64,000 bases of DNA. It comes from Bacteroidetes bacterium GWB2_32_14. GTDB taxonomy: Bacteria; Bacteroidota; Bacteroidia; Bacteroidales; UBA12077. Below are positions 18,995-25,970 of this stretch, piece after piece. The translations under genes were made by a program, and so were the position numbers. The stretch spans positions 82,267 through 146,266 of the forward strand of contig MENK01000001.1 in assembly GCA_001768235.1 (NCBI GenBank), given 5' to 3'. The stretch's first letter is position 1. Each line of letters begins with the position of its first letter. The notes beneath the pieces are model-generated. The model made no database searches and had not been told where the DNA came from. It saw nothing but the letters and a program-made list of their open reading frames with translations.

Positions 18995-19747
18995 ATGAAT
19001 AGTTACAACCCTATTGTAGATAAATATATTTACGGGGAACTCGATACCGACGAAATGGTAGCTTTTGAGCAGTTGCTGGCAAACGATTCCCGTGTAAAAA
19101 AGGAGTATCATTTATACAACGATATAAACCATGCCATACTCGAGAAGGATGTTATGGTACTCCGCGGTACTCTCGATGGAATATATAATGAAATTGCCGA
19201 GCCAAAAGAAAAATATATTTCATCGGTTTTCTCTAAACGCAAGATGTATTACGCTGCCGCTTCGCTTGCCATGTTAATGGCTACAGGTGGTATTGTTAAC
19301 CAGTTAGCAAAAAACGACATGGGTAACGAAGCAATTTACAGCAAATATTTTACTCCTTACGAAGTAGCTGTTACTTATCGTTCAGGGAATGAAGAGGCTG
19401 ACAAACTGCTTTTATACGCGCTCCAGAAATACGAAGATGAGGAATATGATAAAGCTGTTGTTCTTTTCGAACAGGTACTCGAAAAACGAAATAATGATAT
19501 GGCTGCTAATTTATATTCAGGTATTTCTCTTATGGAAACTGAAAAATACCAAAAAGCAACACATTCGTTTCAGGCAATTATTGCACAAAATGATAACTTA
19601 TTTACTGAACAGGCAAAATGGTACCTGGCAATGTGTTACATTAAAACAAACAGTGTTTCTAAAGCAGAGAATATTTTAAATGATTTAATTGTTAAAAACA
19701 GCTATTATAAAGATATAGCCAAAAAAGTACTTAAAGAACTGGATTAA
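18995..19747 (+). CDS. Anti-sigma-like single-pass membrane TPR protein (paralog B of 14796..15533), with no adjacent sigma gene
   Basis: Same layout and alignable motifs as paralog A ('DKYIYGELDTDEMVAFEQLL'; TM 'YYAAASLAMLMATGGIV'; 'WYLAMCYIKTNSVSKAE'). Confidence 0.65.
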   Translation: MNSYNPIVDKYIYGELDTDEMVAFEQLLANDSRVKKEYHLYNDINHAILEKDVMVLRGTLDGIYNEIAEPKEKYISSVFSKRKMYYAAASLAMLMATGGIVNQLAKNDMGNEAIYSKYFTPYEVAVTYRSGNEEADKLLLYALQKYEDEEYDKAVVLFEQVLEKRNNDMAANLYSGISLMETEKYQKATHSFQAIIAQNDNLFTEQAKWYLAMCYIKTNSVSKAENILNDLIVKNSYYKDIAKKVLKELD

Positions 19748-19765
19748 CAATAAAATTTAAAAACA

Positions 19766-20488
19766 ATGAAACCACAATCTGGCACCATTAGTCGGGATGA
19801 CATTAAAGAAAGTAATGTTTCCGATAGCACCAGGAGTAGTTTTCTTTCGCATATATCGCATGGTATAAGAACGCCTTTAAACTCCATCATGGGTTTTTCC
19901 AATTTATTATTAGACAGGCAGCTTGTTGATGGTAAGCAAATTGAATATGCAAGGCGCATAGTTTCCAGCAGTAATGTATTGTTAAATTTTGTAGAGAACC
20001 TGATCGATTTGTCGCAATTCGATTCAAATAAATACAAGGTTACCCAACAGCAAGTTGATTTAAATTCATTGCTATGGAAAATAGCCGAAGATTTTATTAT
20101 TCAGAAAATTGATAAGGATTATTCTGAAATTGAACTTTCGGTGAATATCCATTCAGGAATCGAAGATTTTTTAATAACTACCGATTATGTATTGCTGAAA
20201 AAATCGTTAAACAGGCTTGTTGAGTTAGTTGCTGCTATTTATAAAACCGGGAAAATCGAGTTGGGATATTGCATTGAAAACAACCATGTACTTAAAATAT
20301 ATGTTCGTGAAAATAGCGACGAATATTTTAAACAGCAGGGCAACCTGGAGTTTAGGGATGATAACGGGGAAGATATGTTTAATGATTTCAATTTCGAAGT
20401 GCTTGTTCGTTCGATAGATCTTATTGGCGGGCGGGTTTGTACTGACTCAATTATGAATGAATATTATATCGAATTGCCAATAAATTGA
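19766..20488 (+). CDS. Soluble histidine-kinase-like protein: intact HisKA H-box, degenerate ATPase domain
   Basis: 'FLSHISHGIRTPLNSIMGFSNLL' is a good H-box. I could find no N-box (NxxxNAxK), DxGxG or GxGxGL in the C-terminal half. No TM helix. Confidence 0.65.
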   Translation: MKPQSGTISRDDIKESNVSDSTRSSFLSHISHGIRTPLNSIMGFSNLLLDRQLVDGKQIEYARRIVSSSNVLLNFVENLIDLSQFDSNKYKVTQQQVDLNSLLWKIAEDFIIQKIDKDYSEIELSVNIHSGIEDFLITTDYVLLKKSLNRLVELVAAIYKTGKIELGYCIENNHVLKIYVRENSDEYFKQQGNLEFRDDNGEDMFNDFNFEVLVRSIDLIGGRVCTDSIMNEYYIELPIN

Positions 20489-20547
20489 AAACAAAGATTT
20501 AAAACAATTATATAAAATAAATTAGAAAATAATAATACTAAAATACC

Positions 20548-20901
20548 ATGACAACATTTAATATATACTTACCAACAAAAAACGGGAAAATAGGAGTAGA
20601 GCTTAAACATATTCTTTACTTCGAATCCCTGGGCGACACCAATTTTATGGTGTTAAACAATGATGAAAAAATCGAGTTGTTAATGGCCGTTGATGAAATT
20701 GAGCAACTGCTGTGTTACCGTGGATTTTTCAGGTTTACACAAAACTACCTTGTAAACCTTAAAGCTGTTCAGCTTATATTCCCTGGCGATGCGTCGAAAG
20801 TGGTTCTCGAAAATGGTAAAGAAATTTTTGCACCGCAAAGCCGCCGTGAAGAACTTTTTAGAGAACTCGAGAAAGTGTACCAGGTTCACGCGACTATATA
20901 A
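20548..20901 (+). CDS. Stand-alone LytTR DNA-binding domain protein (no receiver domain)
   Basis: 117 aa. LytTR-like 'ILYFESLGDTNFMV...FFRFTQNYLVNLKAV'. The usual H-[RK]-S triad is replaced by T-Q-N. Confidence 0.7.
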   Translation: MTTFNIYLPTKNGKIGVELKHILYFESLGDTNFMVLNNDEKIELLMAVDEIEQLLCYRGFFRFTQNYLVNLKAVQLIFPGDASKVVLENGKEIFAPQSRREELFRELEKVYQVHATI

Positions 20902-20930
20902 TACAAGTTCTAAATAGTTTGTGTTTTTAA

Positions 20931-20969
20931 GTTCGGCTTGGTTTCCTTAACGGGAATACCTAGCCGAAC
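20931..20969 (+). terminator. Hairpin between the two LytTR genes
   Basis: GTTCGGCT...AGCCGAAC 8-bp stem with a long, partly paired loop. No clear T-tract. Confidence 0.35.
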
Positions 20970-21006
20970 AATTTACATTTAGTCTTGATTCTTAAAAATA
21001 AAATGT

Positions 21007-21366
21007 ATGATTGATTTAAATGGAAAAATATACATCCAATCCGAAGATGAAAAAATAATCCAAATTGAAGAAATAAAAAATATTGTTTATTTAGAAGCCG
21101 ACAATAGAAAAACGAAAGTTTATTGCTTCAACGGGAATCAGTATTTAATTAATAAATGCCTGAGTTACATAGAAGAAAGGATTACAAATAAAAATTTCTT
21201 TAAGATCCATAAATCATTTATCATTAATGTTGATTATTTAAAAAGTGTTAACTACAAAGGTGAAAAAAATGTAGTTCTTGAAAATGATATTAAAATTCAA
21301 ATAGCTTGTCGAAAATATCCTGAATTCAAGAGATTTTTGAAAGAGAAATTTTCGTTTTTTCAGTAA
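21007..21366 (+). CDS. Stand-alone LytTR DNA-binding domain protein (no receiver domain)
   Basis: 119 aa. Canonical 'IVYLEADNRKTKVY...FFKIHKSFIINVDYLKSV'. Confidence 0.8.
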   Translation: MIDLNGKIYIQSEDEKIIQIEEIKNIVYLEADNRKTKVYCFNGNQYLINKCLSYIEERITNKNFFKIHKSFIINVDYLKSVNYKGEKNVVLENDIKIQIACRKYPEFKRFLKEKFSFFQ

Positions 21367-21667
21367 ATGGTACTGTAATAGATTCAGACTAAATATATTC
21401 CCTTATTCGTTTTAACGATTGTTATAAAAAAGTTAACAAGTTTTAGTCAAAAATTTAATTGCGAAAATGCAAACTTTAGTTACGATAAAGTAATAAAATG
21501 CAACGATCATGTATTTGAACGGTTAGAACTAAATAATGAGGATTTTGATATAAGAATATTATGTCTAATTTAGGTTGTTTGAGTTCATTAAAAAAGCTCG
21601 GGTAGTTTATCGGTAAAGCAGGTATGAAAGAAAACTATGAAAATTAATTTAAAATAAAAGGCACGTT

Positions 21668-23287
21668 TTGAAAGAATCATTGATTTATATACTGAAAAGA
21701 ATTCTGAAAGAGAACAGGATTAAAGTTGACGAAAAAGAGCTGGAGTTTCAACTATTAAGCCATCCGTCGTACCCCAGCTTACATTCAGTTACGGGTGTTT
21801 TAGATCATTTTGCAATTAGTAACCTCGCGTTGGAAGTTCCTAAAAATATTGAAACTTTAAACCAATTACCCAGGTTTTTTCTTGCTTATATTAAAGATAT
21901 AAATAACGATGATTTAGTTTTGGTTACGAATAAAGATTCTAAAATATGTTTAATATATAATGAAAAAAGAACGGAAACTTTATCGACAGATAAATTTTTA
22001 AATGCATGGACAGGAGTAATTGTTGGAGTTGAAAAAGATAACGAAGTTGTTCCAAAAACGAACCCATTAGATTTAACCTTATTTACTTCATTTTTAACGA
22101 TAGTTTTATTAATTATCTTGTTTTTCTCTTTTAAACCGGATTTATTTCAGTCCCTGCATTTCTTATTATCATTTGCCGGATTAGCAATTAGTATAGTTAT
22201 TGTAAAACACGAGCTGGGTTTTCATTCTAAAATCGCAGATAAATTTTGTTCTGGAAATATTGATAAAATAAATTGTGATGATGTATTGAAATCGAAAGCA
22301 GCAAATTTTTTCGGAGTTTTTAAATTAAGTGATGTTGGAATTATTTATTTTTTATCCCTAACAGTATCCTGGCTATTATTATCAATGAATAAAGCAGGAT
22401 ATGATTCTTTAATTGTTATTTCAGTTTTAGCTATACCTTTTACTTTTTATTCAATAATTTATCAATATTTTGTTGTAAAAAAATGGTGTTTACTATGTTT
22501 AAGTGTAGTTTTAATATTGTGGTTGCAGGCAACTTCTCTTTTTATTGTTGATATAGATATTACCAGTTTATCTTTTACCTATAATAGTTTACTATTAGTT
22601 GCTTTTAGCTTCTTGCTCACAACCGTTTTTTGGCAATTTGTATTGCCTAAAATGAAAAAAGAAAAGGAATTAAGTATATTAAAAATTGAACATTACAAGT
22701 TTAAACGAAACTACAGCATATTTAATGCGCTTATATCAAGGTATGTTCAAATGAATACAGCAATCAATGGTACTAATGAGATTGTATTTGGGGATATGAA
22801 TAACCTTTTTAAAATTACAATTATTACGAACCCATTGTGCAGTTTTTGTAAAGGAGCACACGAACTGGTCGAAAACCTGTTAAAAAGCGGGAATAAGAAT
22901 ATTCAAATAACCATAAGATTTAATGTAAACCTGAATCGTGATGCTACTGATAATAAAATAGCCCTGAGATTATTAGAACTATACAATGTATCTGGTATAG
23001 AACAATGTTTAAACGCGATGCATGATATTTATGGTAAACTGTTACCCAAGAATTGGCTGGAAAAATGGGGCGAAGCCGGTAACCCCCAATATATTGAAAT
23101 ATTAAGGGCAGAAAAAGAGTGGTGTAAGCAAAACAATATCAACTTCACTCCTGAAATACTAATAAACGGGAGACCACTTCCAAAAGAATATGAAAGAAAT
23201 GATTTATTGTACTTTGTAGAAGATGTAGTTGAAAATGAGCAACAAAAAATTGAAAGCTCAATTTCAGAATTAGAATATACATCATAA
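21668..23287 (+). CDS. Three-domain membrane protein: catalytic-Cys-less C39-like domain, VKOR domain, thioredoxin/DsbA-like domain
   Basis: The N-terminal ~125 aa resemble a C39 fold, but 'SHPSYPSL' sits where the exporter has 'MDCGPSCL'. VKOR loop Cys pair 'CSGNIDKINC' and membrane CxxC 'WCLLC'. C-terminal 'NPLCSFCKGAH' CxxC. TTG start. Confidence 0.7.
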   Translation: MKESLIYILKRILKENRIKVDEKELEFQLLSHPSYPSLHSVTGVLDHFAISNLALEVPKNIETLNQLPRFFLAYIKDINNDDLVLVTNKDSKICLIYNEKRTETLSTDKFLNAWTGVIVGVEKDNEVVPKTNPLDLTLFTSFLTIVLLIILFFSFKPDLFQSLHFLLSFAGLAISIVIVKHELGFHSKIADKFCSGNIDKINCDDVLKSKAANFFGVFKLSDVGIIYFLSLTVSWLLLSMNKAGYDSLIVISVLAIPFTFYSIIYQYFVVKKWCLLCLSVVLILWLQATSLFIVDIDITSLSFTYNSLLLVAFSFLLTTVFWQFVLPKMKKEKELSILKIEHYKFKRNYSIFNALISRYVQMNTAINGTNEIVFGDMNNLFKITIITNPLCSFCKGAHELVENLLKSGNKNIQITIRFNVNLNRDATDNKIALRLLELYNVSGIEQCLNAMHDIYGKLLPKNWLEKWGEAGNPQYIEILRAEKEWCKQNNINFTPEILINGRPLPKEYERNDLLYFVEDVVENEQQKIESSISELEYTS

Positions 23288-23303
23288 AAGACCTTTTTCC
23301 CGG

Positions 23304-23401
23304 GGGGAAGGTTTATAAAGAAATTCTATTGCGAAGAATAAACCGAAACTTGACGGTTTAAAAAAGTTCAAGATTTTCTTTAACTAAAAATTCTTAATAA
23401 A
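23304..23401 (+). promoter_or_regulatory. Cassette upstream element, copy 1 (conserved promoter/operator-like repeat)
   Basis: Contains GCGAAGAATAAACCGAAACTTGACGG (23331-23356) and TTCAAG (23367-23372). TTGACGG lies 52 nt before the ATG. Confidence 0.55.
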
Positions 23402-23572
23402 ATGAAAGATTTAAAAAATTTAAAAGGTGCTAAAGTTCTTGGCAAAACAGAACAAAAAGCTATTAAGGGCGGAGTAATAGTTATTTGTGAAGGATGTCCG
23501 CCAATATCCGATTGTTGTGTAAATAACATTTGTGGCAAAATAGGTATAGGTGGAAAATGTTATGCCATTTAG
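23402..23572 (+). CDS. GG-leader Cys-rich bacteriocin-like precursor A (56 aa, 6 Cys in the core); absent from the ORF track
   Basis: MKDLKNLKGAKVLGKTEQKAIKGG|VIVICEGCPPISDCCVNNICGKIGIGGKCYAI. Confidence 0.75.
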   Translation: MKDLKNLKGAKVLGKTEQKAIKGGVIVICEGCPPISDCCVNNICGKIGIGGKCYAI

Positions 23573-23588
23573 TTTTATTTTATTCAGG

Positions 23589-23631
23589 TTAACTAGGAAT
23601 TATCTGGATTTTTCAGATAACTTCTAGTTAA
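23589..23631 (+). terminator. Hairpin after precursor A
   Basis: TTAACTAGGAATTATCTG / CAGATAACTTCTAGTTAA, 16 of 18 positions complementary. Confidence 0.5.
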
Positions 23632-23809
23632 TTATTTAGGTGGAATCCACAGTTTGCCTGACTTTAAAAAAGCAGTTGAAAATCAGGGTTTTATGCACGT
23701 GACATGCAGTTGTAACAGCTAAATGTTATTTTGAAGTGCTATGTAATATTTGCGATTTTTTTATTCTGCATACAAGTCAGAAATTGAATGCATACCACGA
23801 AATAATTTA

Positions 23810-23908
23810 CTCAAGGAAGATTTAAAAAGAAATTCATTCGCGAAGAATAAACCGAAACTTGACGGTTTTAAAATGCTCAAGATATTTTAACCTAAAATTT
23901 CTAATAAA
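23810..23908 (+). promoter_or_regulatory. Cassette upstream element, copy 2
   Basis: Differs from copy 3 at about five positions in 99 nt by my count. TTGACGG at 23859-23865 (50 nt before the ATG); CTCAAG at 23876-23881. Confidence 0.6.
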
Positions 23909-24055
23909 ATGAAAGATTTAAAGAAAATGAAAGGTGTTAAGATTCTTAGCAAAAAGGAGCAAAAAGCTATTAAAGGCGGATATGCTTGCAGAGAACCTGA
24001 AATGTGGTGCCCTCCCGGATCGATTTGTGTTGATGGGCTTTGTCGTCCAGTATAA
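23909..24055 (+). CDS. GG-leader Cys-rich bacteriocin-like precursor B (48 aa, 4 Cys)
   Basis: MKDLKKMKGVKILSKKEQKAIKGG|YACREPEMWCPPGSICVDGLCRPV (C-x6-C-x5-C-x4-C). Confidence 0.75.
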   Translation: MKDLKKMKGVKILSKKEQKAIKGGYACREPEMWCPPGSICVDGLCRPV

Positions 24056-24081
24056 TAGCAGATACGATTATTAACTAATTA

Positions 24082-24115
24082 AGAAGTTGTCTGAAAAAAT
24101 ATTCTGGCAACTTCT
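24082..24115 (+). terminator. Hairpin after precursor B
   Basis: AGAAGTTG ... CAACTTCT stem. Confidence 0.4.
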
Positions 24116-24198
24116 CTTAAAAATCATTACCTCCCCCTTGATATTTCCCCGGGGGAATAAAAAAGTTTAACATCAGTAATTGAATAAAAACTATTTTT

Positions 24199-24297
24199 CT
24201 AAAGGAAGATTTAAAAAGAAATTCTCTCGCGAAGAATAAACCGAAACTTGACGGTTTTAAAATGCTCAAGATATTTTAACCTAAAATTCTTAATAAA
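24199..24297 (+). promoter_or_regulatory. Cassette upstream element, copy 3
   Basis: GCGAAGAATAAACCGAAACTTGACGG at 24229-24254 and CTCAAG at 24265-24270. TTGACGG lies 50 nt before the ATG. Confidence 0.6.
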
Positions 24298-24453
24298 ATG
24301 AAAGATTTAAAAAAATTAAAAGGTGCTAAAATTCTTAGCAAAAAGGAGCAAATCTCAATTAAAGGTGGAAAAATTTATTGTGGTGATGGAAAACCTTGTC
24401 CTGTTGGTACAATATGTAATGGGACATGGTGTGAACCATATATTGAGGCATAG
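24298..24453 (+). CDS. GG-leader Cys-rich bacteriocin-like precursor C (51 aa, 4 Cys)
   Basis: MKDLKKLKGAKILSKKEQISIKGG|KIYCGDGKPCPVGTICNGTWCEPYIEA (C-x5-C-x5-C-x4-C). Confidence 0.75.
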   Translation: MKDLKKLKGAKILSKKEQISIKGGKIYCGDGKPCPVGTICNGTWCEPYIEA

Positions 24454-24471
24454 TATCAAATTTTAAATATC

Positions 24472-24503
24472 GAGAGAAAATCTTTGGTTTTCTCTCATTT
24501 TTA
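24472..24503 (+). terminator. Hairpin plus T-tract after precursor C
   Basis: GAGAGAAAA / TTTTCTCTC stem followed by ATTTTT. The sequence is related to the hairpin after precursor D. Confidence 0.6.
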
Positions 24504-24604
24504 ATTAAATAAGTTTAGATCGCTTTAAGTTAGAAATAATTAAGAAAGTTGTAAAATACTTACAATAAGTTGTGTTTAATTTTTAACTCAATGATAGCAT
24601 ATAT

Positions 24605-25540
24605 ATGGATATAATTAATAGCATCATAGATTTTGTTAAGGATAACTGGACTACAATATTTAGTGGTATTGGTACAACTATTTTAATTGGAATTCTCGGA
24701 TATATTGGTAAGCGTATGAAAAAAGGAAAAAAAATATCCCAAGAAGAAAAAAAAGTTATAAATCAAAGTGTGAATACTGGAGATAACTCAAAAGTAATTC
24801 AAAGTGCTGAAAACATCATAATTGACAATTCAGATGTTAAAATAAATAATGATTCAAAATCAACAGCCACAGAGCAAACAATTATTGTGCAAGCTGGTAG
24901 AGATGCTATATTGAATGTTAAACAAAGTCCGCCTGACATAAAATTAGTACGAGTAACAGTTGAAGATGATGAAACACAAAGAGGGCTGAAGCAAAAGCTG
25001 AATGTAATAATGAAAAATAATGGAGATAAAAGTGTATTTCTTTTAAGTGGTCATCTAGAGGTTATTGGTTGTGAAGACATTGTAAATCCAAATCATTTTG
25101 GAATGCATTATAAACTTAGTTTTGCTGATTGGAATTATGATGTTGATATTAATAGTGATAACCCTAGCTTTAAGGGACAACATATAATTGAACCAGATGA
25201 AGTAATTAACTTTAATGTCATAGTCGGTAGAAATGAAGGAGGCCTTAATTTATCAGTCTATAAATGTTTATTAAAGTTTAAATTTGATGAACACAAGGAT
25301 TTAGAATGTGGTCCATTTTTCTTGCTTATTTCTGGACCAACTGTTTGGGATGGAGGTTTTCAAGCCTGTGGACCAACTCCTGAACAATGGGGCAGAGCGC
25401 AAGTAGATAACATCAAACGTTTAGACAGTATAGGATATGATTATCGTCATCAAATTCATCCAGATTCAAGAAAATACCTTGAAGAAATAGACCCACATAT
25501 CTTTGAAAAACAAAAAACTAAACACAACACGCGGTCATAA
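24605..25540 (+). CDS. Hypothetical N-terminally membrane-anchored protein (311 aa) interrupting the cassette array
   Basis: Long clean ORF. TM helix 'IFSGIGTTILIGILGYIG', then a low-complexity Asn/Ser/Asp linker and a ~200-aa globular domain. I do not recognise any family motif. Confidence 0.55.
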   Translation: MDIINSIIDFVKDNWTTIFSGIGTTILIGILGYIGKRMKKGKKISQEEKKVINQSVNTGDNSKVIQSAENIIIDNSDVKINNDSKSTATEQTIIVQAGRDAILNVKQSPPDIKLVRVTVEDDETQRGLKQKLNVIMKNNGDKSVFLLSGHLEVIGCEDIVNPNHFGMHYKLSFADWNYDVDINSDNPSFKGQHIIEPDEVINFNVIVGRNEGGLNLSVYKCLLKFKFDEHKDLECGPFFLLISGPTVWDGGFQACGPTPEQWGRAQVDNIKRLDSIGYDYRHQIHPDSRKYLEEIDPHIFEKQKTKHNTRS

Positions 25541-25660
25541 AACATGCCGGTTTCAGTCGGTTTTCGAGCGTTTCGTCCCGCCTCGTAGGTTTGTAACGGG
25601 GGGTACAGACGCAGCCCCGCAATCCGGCACGTTTCATACCGCCAACGTTAGAGTATAGCA
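25541..25660. other. GC-rich, non-coding, structure-prone island of unknown nature
   Basis: Composition jumps sharply relative to the AT-rich surroundings. Complementary segments: ATGCCGG (25544-25550) / CCGGCA (25624-29), and CGGGG...CCCCG around 25597-25619. No ORF. Confidence 0.3.
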
Positions 25661-25697
25661 TGACGGGAAATTAAACTTTACAAAAATGACTGAAGCT

Positions 25698-25750
25698 TTG
25701 ACGGTCAACTAAATGCTCAAGGCAAATTATTAATTAAATAGTAACTTATT
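25698..25750 (+). promoter_or_regulatory. Cassette upstream element, truncated copy 4 (core only)
   Basis: TTGACGG at 25698-25704 (53 nt before the ATG) and CTCAAG at 25716-25721. The distal GCGAAGAATAAACCGAAAC part is absent. Confidence 0.5.
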
Positions 25751-25924
25751 ATGAAAGAATTAAAAAATTTAAAAGGTGCTAAAGTTCTTAGCAAAAAAGA
25801 GCAAATCTCAATTAAAGGCGGATTAGAAATTTGTGATATTTTTGGGCATGATTGCCATGAAGGTTATATTTGCAAATTAGTGAATTCAACCACGGGATGG
25901 TGCATTCCTGTAATCGAAGATTAA
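25751..25924 (+). CDS. GG-leader Cys-rich bacteriocin-like precursor D (57 aa, 4 Cys)
   Basis: MKELKNLKGAKVLSKKEQISIKGG|LEICDIFGHDCHEGYICKLVNSTTGWCIPVIED. Confidence 0.75.
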   Translation: MKELKNLKGAKVLSKKEQISIKGGLEICDIFGHDCHEGYICKLVNSTTGWCIPVIED

Positions 25925-25934
25925 TGTCTTGAAT

Positions 25935-25970
25935 AATGAGAGGGAACTTTTTGGTTTTCTCTCATTATTT
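25935..25970 (+). terminator. Hairpin after precursor D
   Basis: AATGAGAG / CTCTCATT stem. Shares 'tttggttttctctcatt' with the hairpin after precursor C. Confidence 0.55.

Noticed and set aside
21367-21667. 300-bp gap between the second LytTR gene and the VKOR fusion gene, checked for further GG-leader peptides or cassette promoter copies.
   Set aside because: Only very short ORFs are present (MQTLVTIK, MSNLGCLSSLKKLG), with no GG leader. No TTGACGG...CTCAAG element is present.
23640-23809. Spacer between cassettes A and B, checked for a decayed fifth cassette or an immunity gene. It includes a 9-codon 'MHVTCSCNS' ORF and a CACGTG palindrome.
   Set aside because: There is no leader-like sequence, no TM-protein ORF on either strand, and no copy of the upstream element. 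The tiny ORF is most likely chance.
25541-25660. Tested the GC-rich island as an integron attC site, a tRNA/tmRNA fragment, or a hammerhead/twister-type ribozyme.
   Set aside because: GTTAGAG at 25647 loosely resembles an attC R' core, but no complementary R'' (RYYYAAC) sits at the 5' end and the internal pairing is offset. There is no GGTTCGAATCC-type T-loop or tmRNA 5' end. The minus strand has CGAAAC but no CUGAUGA core. It is kept only as an unexplained island.
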